A stretch of DNA of 64,000 bases from Candidatus Woesebacteria bacterium GW2011_GWF1_31_35 (GTDB taxonomy: Bacteria > Patescibacteriota > Microgenomatia > UBA8517). The first letter of the stretch is position 1; each line of letters starts with the position of its first letter. Made by a program: the position numbers and the translations under genes. The notes beneath the pieces are model-generated. The model saw only the letters and a program-made list of their open reading frames with translations. It had not been told where the DNA came from and did no database searches. The stretch covers positions 273,564-337,563 of the forward strand of contig CP011214.1 of the NCBI GenBank assembly GCA_001029755.1, in the 5' to 3' direction. Below, in pieces: positions 50,224 through 60,432 of this stretch.

Positions 50224-53200
50224 ATGGTAAGACTTAAAAATAAAAAAATTAAAAAACAAATAAGTTTTGAAAGTTTTAAAGCTCCAACATACGAAAAGAT
50301 TAAAACTCTAATTAATAAAAAGATTGGTGCAAGACCTAGTATTCCTGATGATTTAGCAAAAGGGGATTGGACTGAACAAGCATTAAAAGTTTTAGAGGAA
50401 AGATATTTAATTAAAGATAACGATTTAAAACCAATAGAAACTCCTGAAGACATGCTTTGGAGAGTCTCTTGGGAAATTGCATCTTCAGAAGCAAGATGGG
50501 GAACTACTAAAAAAGATGTAGAAAAGATAGCACGAGATTTTTATGGTCTCATGGTTTCAAGAAAATTTTTACCAAATTCTCCAACCTTAATGAATGCTGG
50601 AACAAATAATGGTTTACAGTATTCTGCTTGTTTTGTTCTTCCAATAGAAGATTCAATGGAAGGAATTTTTGATGCTTTAAAATATCAAGCAATTATTCAT
50701 AAAACTGGAGGAGGAACAGGATTTGCATTTAGTCGATTAAGACAAAATGGATCGGTTGTTAAAACTTCAAGCGGTACTGCTTCAGGACCAATTTCTTTTA
50801 TGAGGATTTTTGATGCTGCAACAAATGAAGTTAAACAAGGGGGAAAAAGAAGAGGGGCTAATATGGGAATTTTGCGAGTTGATCATCCTGATGTATTGGA
50901 ATTTATTCATTGTAAAGAAGAGGGAGGTATTACTAATTTTAATATTTCGATTGCCTTAACTGATGCCTTTATGAAGGCTTATCAAAATGGAGAAAATTAT
51001 GACTTGATAAGTCCTAAAAACAAAGAAGTTGTTGGAAGCCTTTCTGCAAAGTTGGTTTTTGATGAGATTGCAGATGGAGCTTGGAGAACTGGAGATCCTG
51101 GTTTAATTTTTATTGATAAAATTAATAGTAGTACTGCTAATCCTGTACCATCAATTGGTGCAATTGAAGCTACTAATCCATGTGTAACAGGAAACACTTT
51201 GGTGTCTACAAACAGAGGATTAGTAAAAATTGAAAATCTTTACTTAGATAAAAGAAATACAAAAATTTTAACAGATAGTAGACTTTCAGATATTAAGTTT
51301 CAGATTCCTTCTAGGATTTTGCAGACAGGTAAAAAACAGGTTTACAAATTAACAACATTTGAGGGGTATGAATTAAGCCTTACAGGGAATCATAAAGTTT
51401 TAACTGAAAGAGGTTGGGTTGAAGCTTTAAAGTTGAGAGAAAATGACAAAATATTTATTTCTAATAGGAAGGGTAGTTTTGGTGTTGAAGGATCTCTGGA
51501 TGAAGGACAAATTATTGGATGGTTGGTTGGTGACGGAACAATGAAAAGGACTCAAGCGATTCTATCCTTTTTTGGTTACGAAAAACAGGAATTGGCACCA
51601 AAGTTTGCTCAAATGGTGGAACATTTAGTTGATGGAAAACAAATGTTAGCTAGGAATTATTCTGTTTCAGTAATTAATATTAATGACAGGGATGAAGCAA
51701 GAGTTCAATCTACAAGGTTAGCTAGATATATGAATGAAATTGGTATAGATAAAGATTCAAAATTAAAAGTTCCAGAAACAGTTTTGTTAGGAAACGAGGA
51801 GATGCAAAAAGGATTTTTGCAAGCATTATTTACCGCAGATGGTCATGTTGGTGGGAATGCAGAAAAAAGTGTCAGTGTGAGATTAACATCTATTTCAGAT
51901 TCATTATTAAAAGATGTACAGAGAATCCTTCTAAATTTTGGGATTGTAAGTAAAATTTACACAGAAAGAAGAAAAGAACAAAAAAGATTTTTACCAAATG
52001 GTCGTGGGGGATCTAAGGAATATTTGTGTAAATCATATAGTGACTTAGTAATTTCAAAATCATCTTTAAAAGTTTTTAAAGATAATATTGGTTTCTTGTC
52101 TGAATGTAAAAATATAAAACTTGTTACATTGTTAAATGAATACAAAGAAGGGCCTTATAAAGAAAATTTTATTGCTAGATTTAAAAAATTAATAAAAGAA
52201 GGCGTTGAAATGGTCTATGATTTAACTGAGCCATCTACGTCATCCTTTATAGCTAATGGTTTAGTTGTTCATAATTGTGGAGAACAGCCGTTATATCCAT
52301 TTGATGCCTGTAATTTAGGGAGCATATTTCTAACATATTTTATTAAAGATGGAGAAATTGATTGGGATGAACTAAAAAAAGTTACTAGAACCTCAGTTAG
52401 ATTTTTGGATAATGTAATTGAAGTTAATCCATATCCATTAGAGCAGATTAGAAAAACAGTCTTTGCAATAAGAAGAATTGGTTTAGGTATTGGAGGTTGG
52501 GCTGATATGCTTTTGGAACTTGGGATTCCATATGATTCAGAAGAAGCAATAACCCTAGCTGAAAAAATAATGAAGACTATTCAAGACGAAGCAGTTGAAG
52601 AAAATGAAAAATTAGCCAAAATTAGAGGAGCATTCCCACTTTTTAAGAGTTCAATCTATAAAAATGGAAAACCTAGAAGAAACTCAACCGTTACAACCAT
52701 TGCCCCAACTGGAACAATATCGATAATTGCAGGAGCATCATCAGGAATTGAACCACTTTTTGCAATTGCTTATCAACATATTGTTAAAGATAAACATTTA
52801 GATAGAAAGATGACATTTGTAAATCCTAAATTTGAAGAAGTTTCACGAAAAGAAGGTTTTTGGAGTAAAGAACTAATGGACAAAGTGGGAGAATTAGGAG
52901 TTATTCGTGGTATTAATGAAGTACCTCAAAAGATAAAAGATATTTTTGGTACAGCTCATGAGATTAATCCTGAATGGCATATAAAAACACAAGCAATTTT
53001 CCAAAAATATACAGAAAATGCTGTTAGTAAGACAATTAATTTAAAAAGTGATGCAACTGTTGATGATGTTAAAAAAGTATATCTTGACGCATGGAATGCA
53101 GAATGTAAGGGAATAACAGTTTTTAGAGATGGATGTAAAGATACTCAAGTTTTAAACCTTGGTATCAATAGTCAAAAGAAAGAAATTGAAAAAGAAGAAG

Positions 53201-53799
53201 AAAAATCTGAAGAGCCTTTAAGACATAGGCCATATGTTGTTAGAGGTTCAACATATAGGTTGTCAACTCCTGTTGGTACTGCTTTTATAACCATAAATGA
53301 AGATGAAGAAGGTCAACCCTTAGAAGTATTTATTAATGTAGGAAAAGCTGGTTCAGATGTTGCAGCAATGGCAGAAGCCTTGGGTAGAACAATTTCAACA
53401 ACCTTAAAATTTAGAGGAAATATATCAGCTAAAGAAAAGGCAAGAGAAATTGCAGAACAGTTAGCGGGGATTGGCGGGAGAAGATCAATCGGTTTTGGAC
53501 CTACTAAAATAAGGTCTCTTCCCGATGCTATAGCAGGAGCAATTTCAGTTCATTATAACTTTGGTATTAATGGATATCATAATAGTCCAAATATTTTTGG
53601 AGGAAATCAATCAAATGGAAATATTGTAAGTGAAGTAATTGCATCAGCACCACATGTTGAAGAAAAACAACAAGAGAGCCTCTTTTTGCAAGCATCTAAA
53701 GAAAAAGTGGGAGATATATGTCCATCTTGTGGAGCTTCTGCCTTAGTATTTGAAGAAGGTTGTAGTAAGTGTCATGCGTGTGGTCATTCTGAATGTTAA
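50224..53799 (+). CDS. nrdJ: Class II (AdoCbl) ribonucleotide reductase with intein
   Basis: PNSPTLMNAG, SACF, NP[intein]CGEQPL, TIAPTGTIS, C-terminal TSCPD-like domain with zinc ribbon. Confidence 0.93.
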   Translation: MVRLKNKKIKKQISFESFKAPTYEKIKTLINKKIGARPSIPDDLAKGDWTEQALKVLEERYLIKDNDLKPIETPEDMLWRVSWEIASSEARWGTTKKDVEKIARDFYGLMVSRKFLPNSPTLMNAGTNNGLQYSACFVLPIEDSMEGIFDALKYQAIIHKTGGGTGFAFSRLRQNGSVVKTSSGTASGPISFMRIFDAATNEVKQGGKRRGANMGILRVDHPDVLEFIHCKEEGGITNFNISIALTDAFMKAYQNGENYDLISPKNKEVVGSLSAKLVFDEIADGAWRTGDPGLIFIDKINSSTANPVPSIGAIEATNPCVTGNTLVSTNRGLVKIENLYLDKRNTKILTDSRLSDIKFQIPSRILQTGKKQVYKLTTFEGYELSLTGNHKVLTERGWVEALKLRENDKIFISNRKGSFGVEGSLDEGQIIGWLVGDGTMKRTQAILSFFGYEKQELAPKFAQMVEHLVDGKQMLARNYSVSVININDRDEARVQSTRLARYMNEIGIDKDSKLKVPETVLLGNEEMQKGFLQALFTADGHVGGNAEKSVSVRLTSISDSLLKDVQRILLNFGIVSKIYTERRKEQKRFLPNGRGGSKEYLCKSYSDLVISKSSLKVFKDNIGFLSECKNIKLVTLLNEYKEGPYKENFIARFKKLIKEGVEMVYDLTEPSTSSFIANGLVVHNCGEQPLYPFDACNLGSIFLTYFIKDGEIDWDELKKVTRTSVRFLDNVIEVNPYPLEQIRKTVFAIRRIGLGIGGWADMLLELGIPYDSEEAITLAEKIMKTIQDEAVEENEKLAKIRGAFPLFKSSIYKNGKPRRNSTVTTIAPTGTISIIAGASSGIEPLFAIAYQHIVKDKHLDRKMTFVNPKFEEVSRKEGFWSKELMDKVGELGVIRGINEVPQKIKDIFGTAHEINPEWHIKTQAIFQKYTENAVSKTINLKSDATVDDVKKVYLDAWNAECKGITVFRDGCKDTQVLNLGINSQKKEIEKEEEKSEEPLRHRPYVVRGSTYRLSTPVGTAFITINEDEEGQPLEVFINVGKAGSDVAAMAEALGRTISTTLKFRGNISAKEKAREIAEQLAGIGGRRSIGFGPTKIRSLPDAIAGAISVHYNFGINGYHNSPNIFGGNQSNGNIVSEVIASAPHVEEKQQESLFLQASKEKVGDICPSCGASALVFEEGCSKCHACGHSEC
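51181..52275 (+). mobile_element. Intein with LAGLIDADG endonuclease in NrdJ (365 aa)
   Basis: Starts CVTGNT, block B LTGNH, IGWLVGDG and FLQALFTADG, ends VVHN before catalytic Cys. Confidence 0.95.
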
Positions 53800-53812
53800 A
53801 TGTTAAAATATT

Positions 53813-54307
53813 TTGATATTCATGTCAGTTTATACACGAACAGGGGATAAAGGGAAAACAGGAACTTTTAATGGAAAAAGAATTTCCAAATCTTCAACAT
53901 TGATTAATACAATTGGTAGTTTAGATGAATTAAATTCATATTTAGGCATTATTGGGGGATTAACCGAAATTCAAAAAAATATATTTACAATAAATTCAAT
54001 TTTATCAGGAGCAAAACTTACTTTTCCAAAAACTGAAACTTTAAAGTTAGAAGAAGAAATTGATGCTATGGAGAAAAAACTTCCAGTTTTAGCTAGTTTT
54101 ATAATCTATGGAGGAACTTCAAAAGCATCCCAAATTTATTTTGCAAGAAGCCTTTGCCGTCGTGCAGAAAGATCATTGGTTAAGTTAGAAATTATGGACC
54201 AAAAATTAATAGTATTAGCTTATATAAATAGACTCTCAGATTATTTATTTACTTTAGCTCGTTTTACTAATTTTAGGAAAAAAGTTAAGGAAGGTACTTG
54301 GAAATAA
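53813..54307 (+). CDS. ATP:cob(I)alamin adenosyltransferase (PduO type)
   Basis: YTRTGDKGKT, DELNS, RRAER, NRLSDYLF. Confidence 0.92.
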   Translation: MIFMSVYTRTGDKGKTGTFNGKRISKSSTLINTIGSLDELNSYLGIIGGLTEIQKNIFTINSILSGAKLTFPKTETLKLEEEIDAMEKKLPVLASFIIYGGTSKASQIYFARSLCRRAERSLVKLEIMDQKLIVLAYINRLSDYLFTLARFTNFRKKVKEGTWK

Positions 54308-54323
54308 TGCTACAATTAAAAGC

Positions 54324-54650
54324 ATGGGACTACTGCCTGAAAGAGAACCAATTAAAAAAAGTTATGAGAATCCTGACGAGGCTTCTCCTTTAAATATTGA
54401 AAGAAAAGAAGTTGTTTCTCCAGTTCTGACTCATTTTAAAGCTCAAGTTAAAAATGATAAAGGACAAAACTTGATCGAGACTCCTGAAGGAAGAAAGATG
54501 GAAATAAAGATTCCTGAAGATAGTAAAGAATCTTTGGAAGGAAAAATTAAAGGATCAAAAGATGAATCTTCAGCTTGGTCAGCCGGATATTGGTTAAGAA
54601 TAATAAAAAAAGCTATATACTTTGGATGGAAGGTGGTGTTTGATAAATGA
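54324..54650 (+). CDS. Hypothetical protein
   Basis: 108-aa ORF coupled to the downstream ATPase. Confidence 0.6.
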   Translation: MGLLPEREPIKKSYENPDEASPLNIERKEVVSPVLTHFKAQVKNDKGQNLIETPEGRKMEIKIPEDSKESLEGKIKGSKDESSAWSAGYWLRIIKKAIYFGWKVVFDK

Positions 54651-56974
54651 TTGTTCCTGATTTAAATTCAATAATTTTATTTTTAATTTTAATTATCTTT
54701 TTGGTGTTTTTGATTGCCACTGTTAGTTATGTAGTCTTTGTTATTTTTAGGTTTAGAGGAAGGGAGGAAAAATCAGTTGATTCAGTATATTTACAAGTTT
54801 CAGTTCCACGACTAAACGAAACAAAGACTGATGCCATGGAACAACTCTTTTCATCTCTTTATTCGATGAAAAAAGGAGGTTGGAAACAAAAATTTTCAGT
54901 GCAACCATCCATTTCTTTTGAGATTATTGCCAAAGAAGAAGATATTAAATTTTATGTTTGGACACCTACAGAATATAAAGATTTGGTTGAAAAACAAATT
55001 CATGGTGCATATTCTGATGCTGAGATTATGGAGGTTCCTGAAGTTAATATCTTTGAAACTGATGGTAAAGTTTCCTATAAATCTTTACAGTTATCAAAAG
55101 CAAATTATTATCCATTAAAGACTTTTAAAGATTTACCAACTGATATTTTAGCCTCACTTACATCATCTCTTGCTAAATTAACAGAAGGTGAGGGGGCTGC
55201 AATTCAGATATTAATTTCACCGGCAGAATCTGAATGGCAAAAATCAGGTAGTAAATATATATCAGATACTAAAAAACAGGAAAGCAGTTCAGAAAGTGCC
55301 AAATATGCAGTTTCTGGTAAAGCCTTGGAAGCAATTGAAAATAAAGTAAGCAAAATAGGTTTTTTAACTTCGATTAGAATTGTTGTTACCTCAAAAACTA
55401 AAGAAATTGCCAAGATGAATCTTGATAATATTGTTTCTTCCTTAGGTCAAACATCTGGAGAATTTAATAATTTAGGCAGTAGAAAAATATACAATAAAGG
55501 TGGCTTCATGCAAGATTTCCTTTATAGGTACCAACCAATGTTTAATGTGTTTAAAAATCATATTTCAATTTTAAATTCTGAAGAGTTGGCAACCATTTTT
55601 CATTTTCCAAATAGACAAATTACAACACCACATATCCATTGGTTACACTCAAAAACTGCTCCAGCTCCAGCAGAGATTCCTGAAGAAGGAATTTATTTGG
55701 GTAAAAGTATTTATAGGGGAATGACAAGAAAGATTGCGATTGGGGATGAAGATAGAAGGCGCCATGTTTATATTATTGGAGCGACAGGTGTTGGAAAAAC
55801 AGAATTAATGAAAGGTATGATTATGCAGGATATAAATGCAGGACGTGGAGTTTGTTTTATGGATCCACATGGAGATGCTGTTGAAGATATCTTAAAACTT
55901 ATTCCACCAGAACGTGCTGAAGATGTTATTTATTTTAGACCATCAGATACAGAAAGACCAATGGGGTTAAATTTGATGGAAGCAAATACTGAGGATGAAA
56001 AACATTTTGTAGCCTCATCAATTATTAATATGATGTATAAACTTTTTGATCCTTATAAAACTGGAATTGTAGGACCCCGTTTTGAACATGCAGTTAGAAA
56101 TGCAATGCTTACTATCATGTGTGAAAAGGGTGCTACCTTTGTTGAACTAATGAGAGCCCTAACTGATGCAAGGTATGTCCAAGAATTACTTCCTAAGGTC
56201 ACAGACCCAATTATTAGACGCTACTGGACAGACCAGATAGCTCAGACTTCTGATTTTCATAAATCGGAAGTATTAGATTACATAACTTCCAAGTTTGGAA
56301 GATTTGTTACTAATAAAATGATCAGAAACATTATTGGTCAATCTGAATCTTCATTTTCGTTTAGAGATGTTATGGATAATGGAAAGATACTTCTTATTAA
56401 CCTTGCAAAAGGAGAATTGGGAGAAGAAAATTCTAATTTTTTAGGTTTAATATTAGTTCCTAGAATATTAATGGCAGCCATGAGTAGAAGTGATACTCCA
56501 GAAGAAAATAGACGTGATTTCTATTTTTATGCTGATGAGTTTCAAAACTTTGCAACACCTGATTTTGCAGTAATTTTGTCTGAGGCTAGAAAATATAGAT
56601 TAAATCTAACTGTTGCCAATCAGTTTATAGGCCAAATTGAAGAAGAAGTCAAAAATGCAGTCTTTGGAAATGTGGGTACAAAAGTTTCATTTAGAGTAGG
56701 CGTTACTGATGCTAATTATTTACAACATGAATTTACTCCAACTTTTGGTGAAGATGATTTATTAAATGTAGAAAGATATCATGCATATGTTAAAACAATT
56801 GTTCATAATCAGCCTCAAACTCCATTTTCAATTGATACAACAGTAGATAGAGCTAAAATTAAAGATATGGAAAATCCCAGAACTGCTGAAATAATTAAAG
56901 AAATGAGTAGATTAAAATATGGAAGAGATGCAAGACTTGTAGAAGCGGAAATCACTAGACGTGCAAAACTTTAA
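54647..56974 (+). CDS. VirD4/TraG/HerA-like membrane-anchored ATPase
   Basis: GATGVGKT, DPHGD, YADEFQNF, SEARKY, ANQ. Confidence 0.85.
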   Translation: MIVPDLNSIILFLILIIFLVFLIATVSYVVFVIFRFRGREEKSVDSVYLQVSVPRLNETKTDAMEQLFSSLYSMKKGGWKQKFSVQPSISFEIIAKEEDIKFYVWTPTEYKDLVEKQIHGAYSDAEIMEVPEVNIFETDGKVSYKSLQLSKANYYPLKTFKDLPTDILASLTSSLAKLTEGEGAAIQILISPAESEWQKSGSKYISDTKKQESSSESAKYAVSGKALEAIENKVSKIGFLTSIRIVVTSKTKEIAKMNLDNIVSSLGQTSGEFNNLGSRKIYNKGGFMQDFLYRYQPMFNVFKNHISILNSEELATIFHFPNRQITTPHIHWLHSKTAPAPAEIPEEGIYLGKSIYRGMTRKIAIGDEDRRRHVYIIGATGVGKTELMKGMIMQDINAGRGVCFMDPHGDAVEDILKLIPPERAEDVIYFRPSDTERPMGLNLMEANTEDEKHFVASSIINMMYKLFDPYKTGIVGPRFEHAVRNAMLTIMCEKGATFVELMRALTDARYVQELLPKVTDPIIRRYWTDQIAQTSDFHKSEVLDYITSKFGRFVTNKMIRNIIGQSESSFSFRDVMDNGKILLINLAKGELGEENSNFLGLILVPRILMAAMSRSDTPEENRRDFYFYADEFQNFATPDFAVILSEARKYRLNLTVANQFIGQIEEEVKNAVFGNVGTKVSFRVGVTDANYLQHEFTPTFGEDDLLNVERYHAYVKTIVHNQPQTPFSIDTTVDRAKIKDMENPRTAEIIKEMSRLKYGRDARLVEAEITRRAKL

Positions 56975-56996
56975 ATGATATCCTTCAATAGTTTAT

Positions 56997-57875
56997 ATGA
57001 ATAAACCAAACTCGATTACAAATAAAATTGGAATTATCGGTTGGGGATTTGTGGGGGAGGCAACTGGAGTGGGTTTTTCGAAAAATAAACAAAATAAAAT
57101 TTTTTGGTTTGATAAATTTAAGGAAAGCCCAAACACTTTTGATGAAGTGATAGAAAATTCTGAATATATTTTTATTTGTGTTCCAACCCCAATGTTTAGA
57201 GATTATTCTGGGATGGATATATCAATTGTTAAGGGAGTGGTTGAAACAATTGCTAGTAAAGTTATAAATACTTCAAAAGTAATAATTATCAAATCAACTG
57301 TTCTTCCTGGAACAACCTTTGAATTTGCCAAAAAATATCCAAATGTAAATTTTGCCATGAATCCCGAGTTTTTAACTCAAAATAAAGCAAAGGAAGATTT
57401 TTTAAATCCTGCTAGAACTGTTGTTGGTGTTACCAAAAAAGAAGTTGGAGAAAGAATTAAAAAACTTTATTCAAGTATACTTCCAAAAGATCAGCCATAT
57501 TTTATTACTGATTTAGTTTCAGCAGAACTTATTAAATATATGAGTAATGTAACTTTAGCTTCAAAGGTGCTGCTTGCAAATGAATTCTATGAACTTGCAA
57601 ATAAAATTGGTGCAAATTATGAGGAAGTTTATAAAGCAGTAGAAGCGGATCCTAGAATTGGTAAACATTTAAGGGTTCCAGGTCCAGACGGAGATTTAGG
57701 ATTTGGGGGAGCTTGTTTTCCAAAAGATACTTTAGGACTTTTATCTTTTGCAAAAAATAATAAAGTTGATATGAGTGCCCTTGACGCTATTTGGAAGAAA
57801 AACTTAAAAATTAGAAAAGTAAGAGATTGGGAACATATGGATAATGCTTTTGGTAGGGGAGCTTCAAAAAAGTAA
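56997..57875 (+). CDS. UDP-glucose/GDP-mannose dehydrogenase family (short form)
   Basis: GWGFVG, ICVPTP, KSTV, NPEFL, GGACFPKD. Confidence 0.85.
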   Translation: MNKPNSITNKIGIIGWGFVGEATGVGFSKNKQNKIFWFDKFKESPNTFDEVIENSEYIFICVPTPMFRDYSGMDISIVKGVVETIASKVINTSKVIIIKSTVLPGTTFEFAKKYPNVNFAMNPEFLTQNKAKEDFLNPARTVVGVTKKEVGERIKKLYSSILPKDQPYFITDLVSAELIKYMSNVTLASKVLLANEFYELANKIGANYEEVYKAVEADPRIGKHLRVPGPDGDLGFGGACFPKDTLGLLSFAKNNKVDMSALDAIWKKNLKIRKVRDWEHMDNAFGRGASKK

Positions 57876-57919
57876 TAATTTGACTTAGAAATTAATTTCT
57901 GTAATACTTATTCTAGTGT

Positions 57920-58603
57920 TTGATTATGACAAAATTTTTGGAAAGAAGCGAGGTAATTAAATTAAGACTTCAGGGTAAAAGTTATAGTGAAATAAAGCAA
58001 ATTGTGAATGTATCTAAAAGTTCATTAAGTTTATGGCTTAGAAATGTTCAACTTACAGAAAAACAAATCTCTGGATTAAAAGAGAAAAAAATAAGATCGG
58101 TTGAAAGATTTATTAAATCAATGAAAATAAAAAGACAGATTCGATTGGAAACATACTTAAATAATCAAAAACACAAATGGTTACCGCTTTCTGAAAGAGA
58201 AGAATTTATTGCTGGACTTTTTCTTTATTCAGGAGAGGGAAATAAAGTAAGTTCAAATAGTATTTCGATATCAAATACTGACCCATCTGTTATTAAATTT
58301 TCGTACTATTGGATGCAAAATTGTTTACTAATTCCGAGAGAAAAAATATTTTTAAAATTACATCTATATGATGACATGAATATTGAGGAAGAAACAAATT
58401 TTTGGTCCAAAGAAATAGGAATAGATAAAAAACAATTTAAGCGACCATACATAAAAAAATCTTCAAGAATTGATATCGATCAAAAGGGATATGGTCATGG
58501 AACTTGTGGAGTTTGGGCATTCAAAACAGAGATAAAAGAAAATATACTTATGGCTCTAATGGCAATTTTAAATCATTATGCTTCTAAAATGACTCGACTT
58601 TGA
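57920..58603 (+). CDS. HTH plus single-motif LAGLIDADG-like protein
   Basis: GKSYSEI...VSKSSLSLWLR HTH; LYSGEGNK, ISNTDP, FWS, HGTC. Confidence 0.65.
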   Translation: MIMTKFLERSEVIKLRLQGKSYSEIKQIVNVSKSSLSLWLRNVQLTEKQISGLKEKKIRSVERFIKSMKIKRQIRLETYLNNQKHKWLPLSEREEFIAGLFLYSGEGNKVSSNSISISNTDPSVIKFSYYWMQNCLLIPREKIFLKLHLYDDMNIEEETNFWSKEIGIDKKQFKRPYIKKSSRIDIDQKGYGHGTCGVWAFKTEIKENILMALMAILNHYASKMTRL

Positions 58604-58618
58604 TATAATCATTAAATT

Positions 58619-58691
58619 GGCTCGGTAACTCAGTGGTCAGAGTGCCAACCTTATAAGTTGGAAGTCGATGGTCCGATCCCATCCCGAGCCA
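58619..58691 (+). tRNA. tRNA-Ile(TAT)
   Basis: GGCTCGG/CCGAGCC acceptor; CCAAC-CTTATAA-GTTGG anticodon arm; T-loop TCCGATC; TATAAT upstream. Confidence 0.85.
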
Positions 58692-58709
58692 CTAAATTAT
58701 TATTAACCA

Positions 58710-58898
58710 ATGGATAAAAATACAAAACTTCTAGAATTAATAAAGAAAAGAGATGACTATAAAGAGAAACTTACTCAGATGTATAAATATTTTCATGGAG
58801 TAAAACACGAAAGCGCTCATTCTGAACTACAATACTCTGAAATTAAAGTATATGAGGACATGTTAAATTCTGTTGTGGAAGAGATAAATAATTTATAA
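58710..58898 (+). CDS. Small hypothetical helical protein
   Basis: 62-aa ORF after the tRNA. Confidence 0.5.
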   Translation: MDKNTKLLELIKKRDDYKEKLTQMYKYFHGVKHESAHSELQYSEIKVYEDMLNSVVEEINNL

Positions 58899-58899
58899 A

Positions 58900-59130
58900 T
58901 TAATTTTTATCGGGATTTGAGAAATTGTTGATTGCTTTTATAATTGCATTAAATGCATTTTGATGATCTGTCCATTCATCAAATGACATTGGGCCAGTAC
59001 ATTCTGTGAGAGGGGGGCGATTCTCGAAATTGTCTAGATATTCTTGATAATCAACACGAGATTGTATTAGTGCATTAAAATCTGGTAAATCACTTTTTTC
59101 TCCTTGATTTTGTAATATATCTTTTCTCAC
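58900..59130 (-). CDS. Small hypothetical protein
   Basis: 76-aa ORF downstream of the recombinase. Confidence 0.45.
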   Translation of the reverse strand: MRKDILQNQGEKSDLPDFNALIQSRVDYQEYLDNFENRPPLTECTGPMSFDEWTDHQNAFNAIIKAINNFSNPDKN

Positions 59131-59135
59131 TATGG

Positions 59136-59999
59136 TTATAGCTCAATTAAAGACTGTTTTTTACTTGATTCTGTAGTTCCTGCAAGTTCAATATATCTTT
59201 CTGTGGTTGAAAGTCTTTTATGTCCTGCAACTTGAGAAATTAAAATTAAATCAACTCCATTTTTAATGTTTTCTACAATAAATGTGGTTCTTAAATCGTT
59301 TACAGAATATTTTGGAAGTTCTGCTTTTTGAATAAATCTGTCAACTGATGCTCTTATATTTCTAACTGCAAGTGGTTTTCCGGTCTTACTGATAAAAATA
59401 TATTCGGAAACCACTTTTGGTCTTTCAATCATATACTTTTCAATTGCTTCTTTTGCTGGTTTATTTAAAGGAATTGTTCTTTCAGGTTGTGTTGCATAGC
59501 CCTCAATCTTTATAGTTTCTTCATTAATATCAGCAGTTTTAATATTAGCTACTTCTGAAATTCTTAAACCAGTTTGAAGTATTAATTCAATCATTGCAGA
59601 TATTCTAGGATCATTTCTTACAGCATCTCTTAAAGCTCTATACTCTAAAGGAGTTAAAAACTTAGGCATTGAAGCCTCCACCTTAGGATGAGATACACTT
59701 TTAGATAAATCAGTTGAAAGATAGTTTTGTTCTACCATCCATCTAAAGAATGTTTTAACAGCATTTAATTTTCTAGAAACTGATTTTGGTGTATATTTTT
59801 CAGAAAGTAGGGTATCTCTAAATGAATCTAAATTAGAAAGTTTAACTTGGTCTGGAGTTGCAATACTACCTTTAGTCAAAAATTCCACTAATTGCTCAAG
59901 ATCAGATCTATACGCTAAAATCGTGGCTGGAGACCTACCTTTTTCAGCCAAACTTGCCATGAATTTTGGCAATAAACTTTTAATTGTATCCTGTGTCAT
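59136..59999 (-). CDS. XerC/D-like tyrosine recombinase
   Basis: SAM-like N-terminus, TGLRISE, NDLR, AGH..LSTTERY. Confidence 0.88.
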   Translation of the reverse strand: MTQDTIKSLLPKFMASLAEKGRSPATILAYRSDLEQLVEFLTKGSIATPDQVKLSNLDSFRDTLLSEKYTPKSVSRKLNAVKTFFRWMVEQNYLSTDLSKSVSHPKVEASMPKFLTPLEYRALRDAVRNDPRISAMIELILQTGLRISEVANIKTADINEETIKIEGYATQPERTIPLNKPAKEAIEKYMIERPKVVSEYIFISKTGKPLAVRNIRASVDRFIQKAELPKYSVNDLRTTFIVENIKNGVDLILISQVAGHKRLSTTERYIELAGTTESSKKQSLIEL

Positions 60000-60055
60000 A
60001 ATATAAATACCTTAGGCTTGGGGCAAAACTTTCAAGTCTAAGTCATAATTATACA

Positions 60056-60424
60056 GTGAATAAAAAATTAGTCAACATTATAGGTTTCCTAGTTTTATTA
60101 ATACTTTCAGTTGTTTTAGTCTCATCTTTTTTCAAAAGTATCAAAAGAATTAGAGAAGGTGACGCAATAATTGAAAAAACAAAGGTAAAACTTGAAAAAT
60201 TAAATGAAGAAAATAAAAAACTAGAAGAACAACTTAAAATTACTCAAAGTGAAGAATTTGTAGAAAAACAACTTCGAAATAAACTAGGTCTTGCTAAAGA
60301 AGGGGAGATTGTCCTAGTCTTACCAGACAATGAAACATTAAAAAAATTAGCTCCAGTAATCCCAGATGAAGAAGAAGTAACATTAAAACCTAATTGGAAG
60401 AAATGGATTGATCTATTTAAATGA
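60056..60424 (+). CDS. Septum formation initiator (FtsB/DivIC) family
   Basis: TM, coiled coil, EKQLRNKLGLAKEGE. Confidence 0.82.
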   Translation: MNKKLVNIIGFLVLLILSVVLVSSFFKSIKRIREGDAIIEKTKVKLEKLNEENKKLEEQLKITQSEEFVEKQLRNKLGLAKEGEIVLVLPDNETLKKLAPVIPDEEEVTLKPNWKKWIDLFK

Positions 60425-60432
60425 CTCCCTTG

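Noticed and set aside
54647-59999. VirD4-like ATPase plus tyrosine recombinase plus tRNA as an integrative conjugative element
   Set aside because: No relaxase, VirB4 cluster or att duplication seen; flanked by housekeeping genes.
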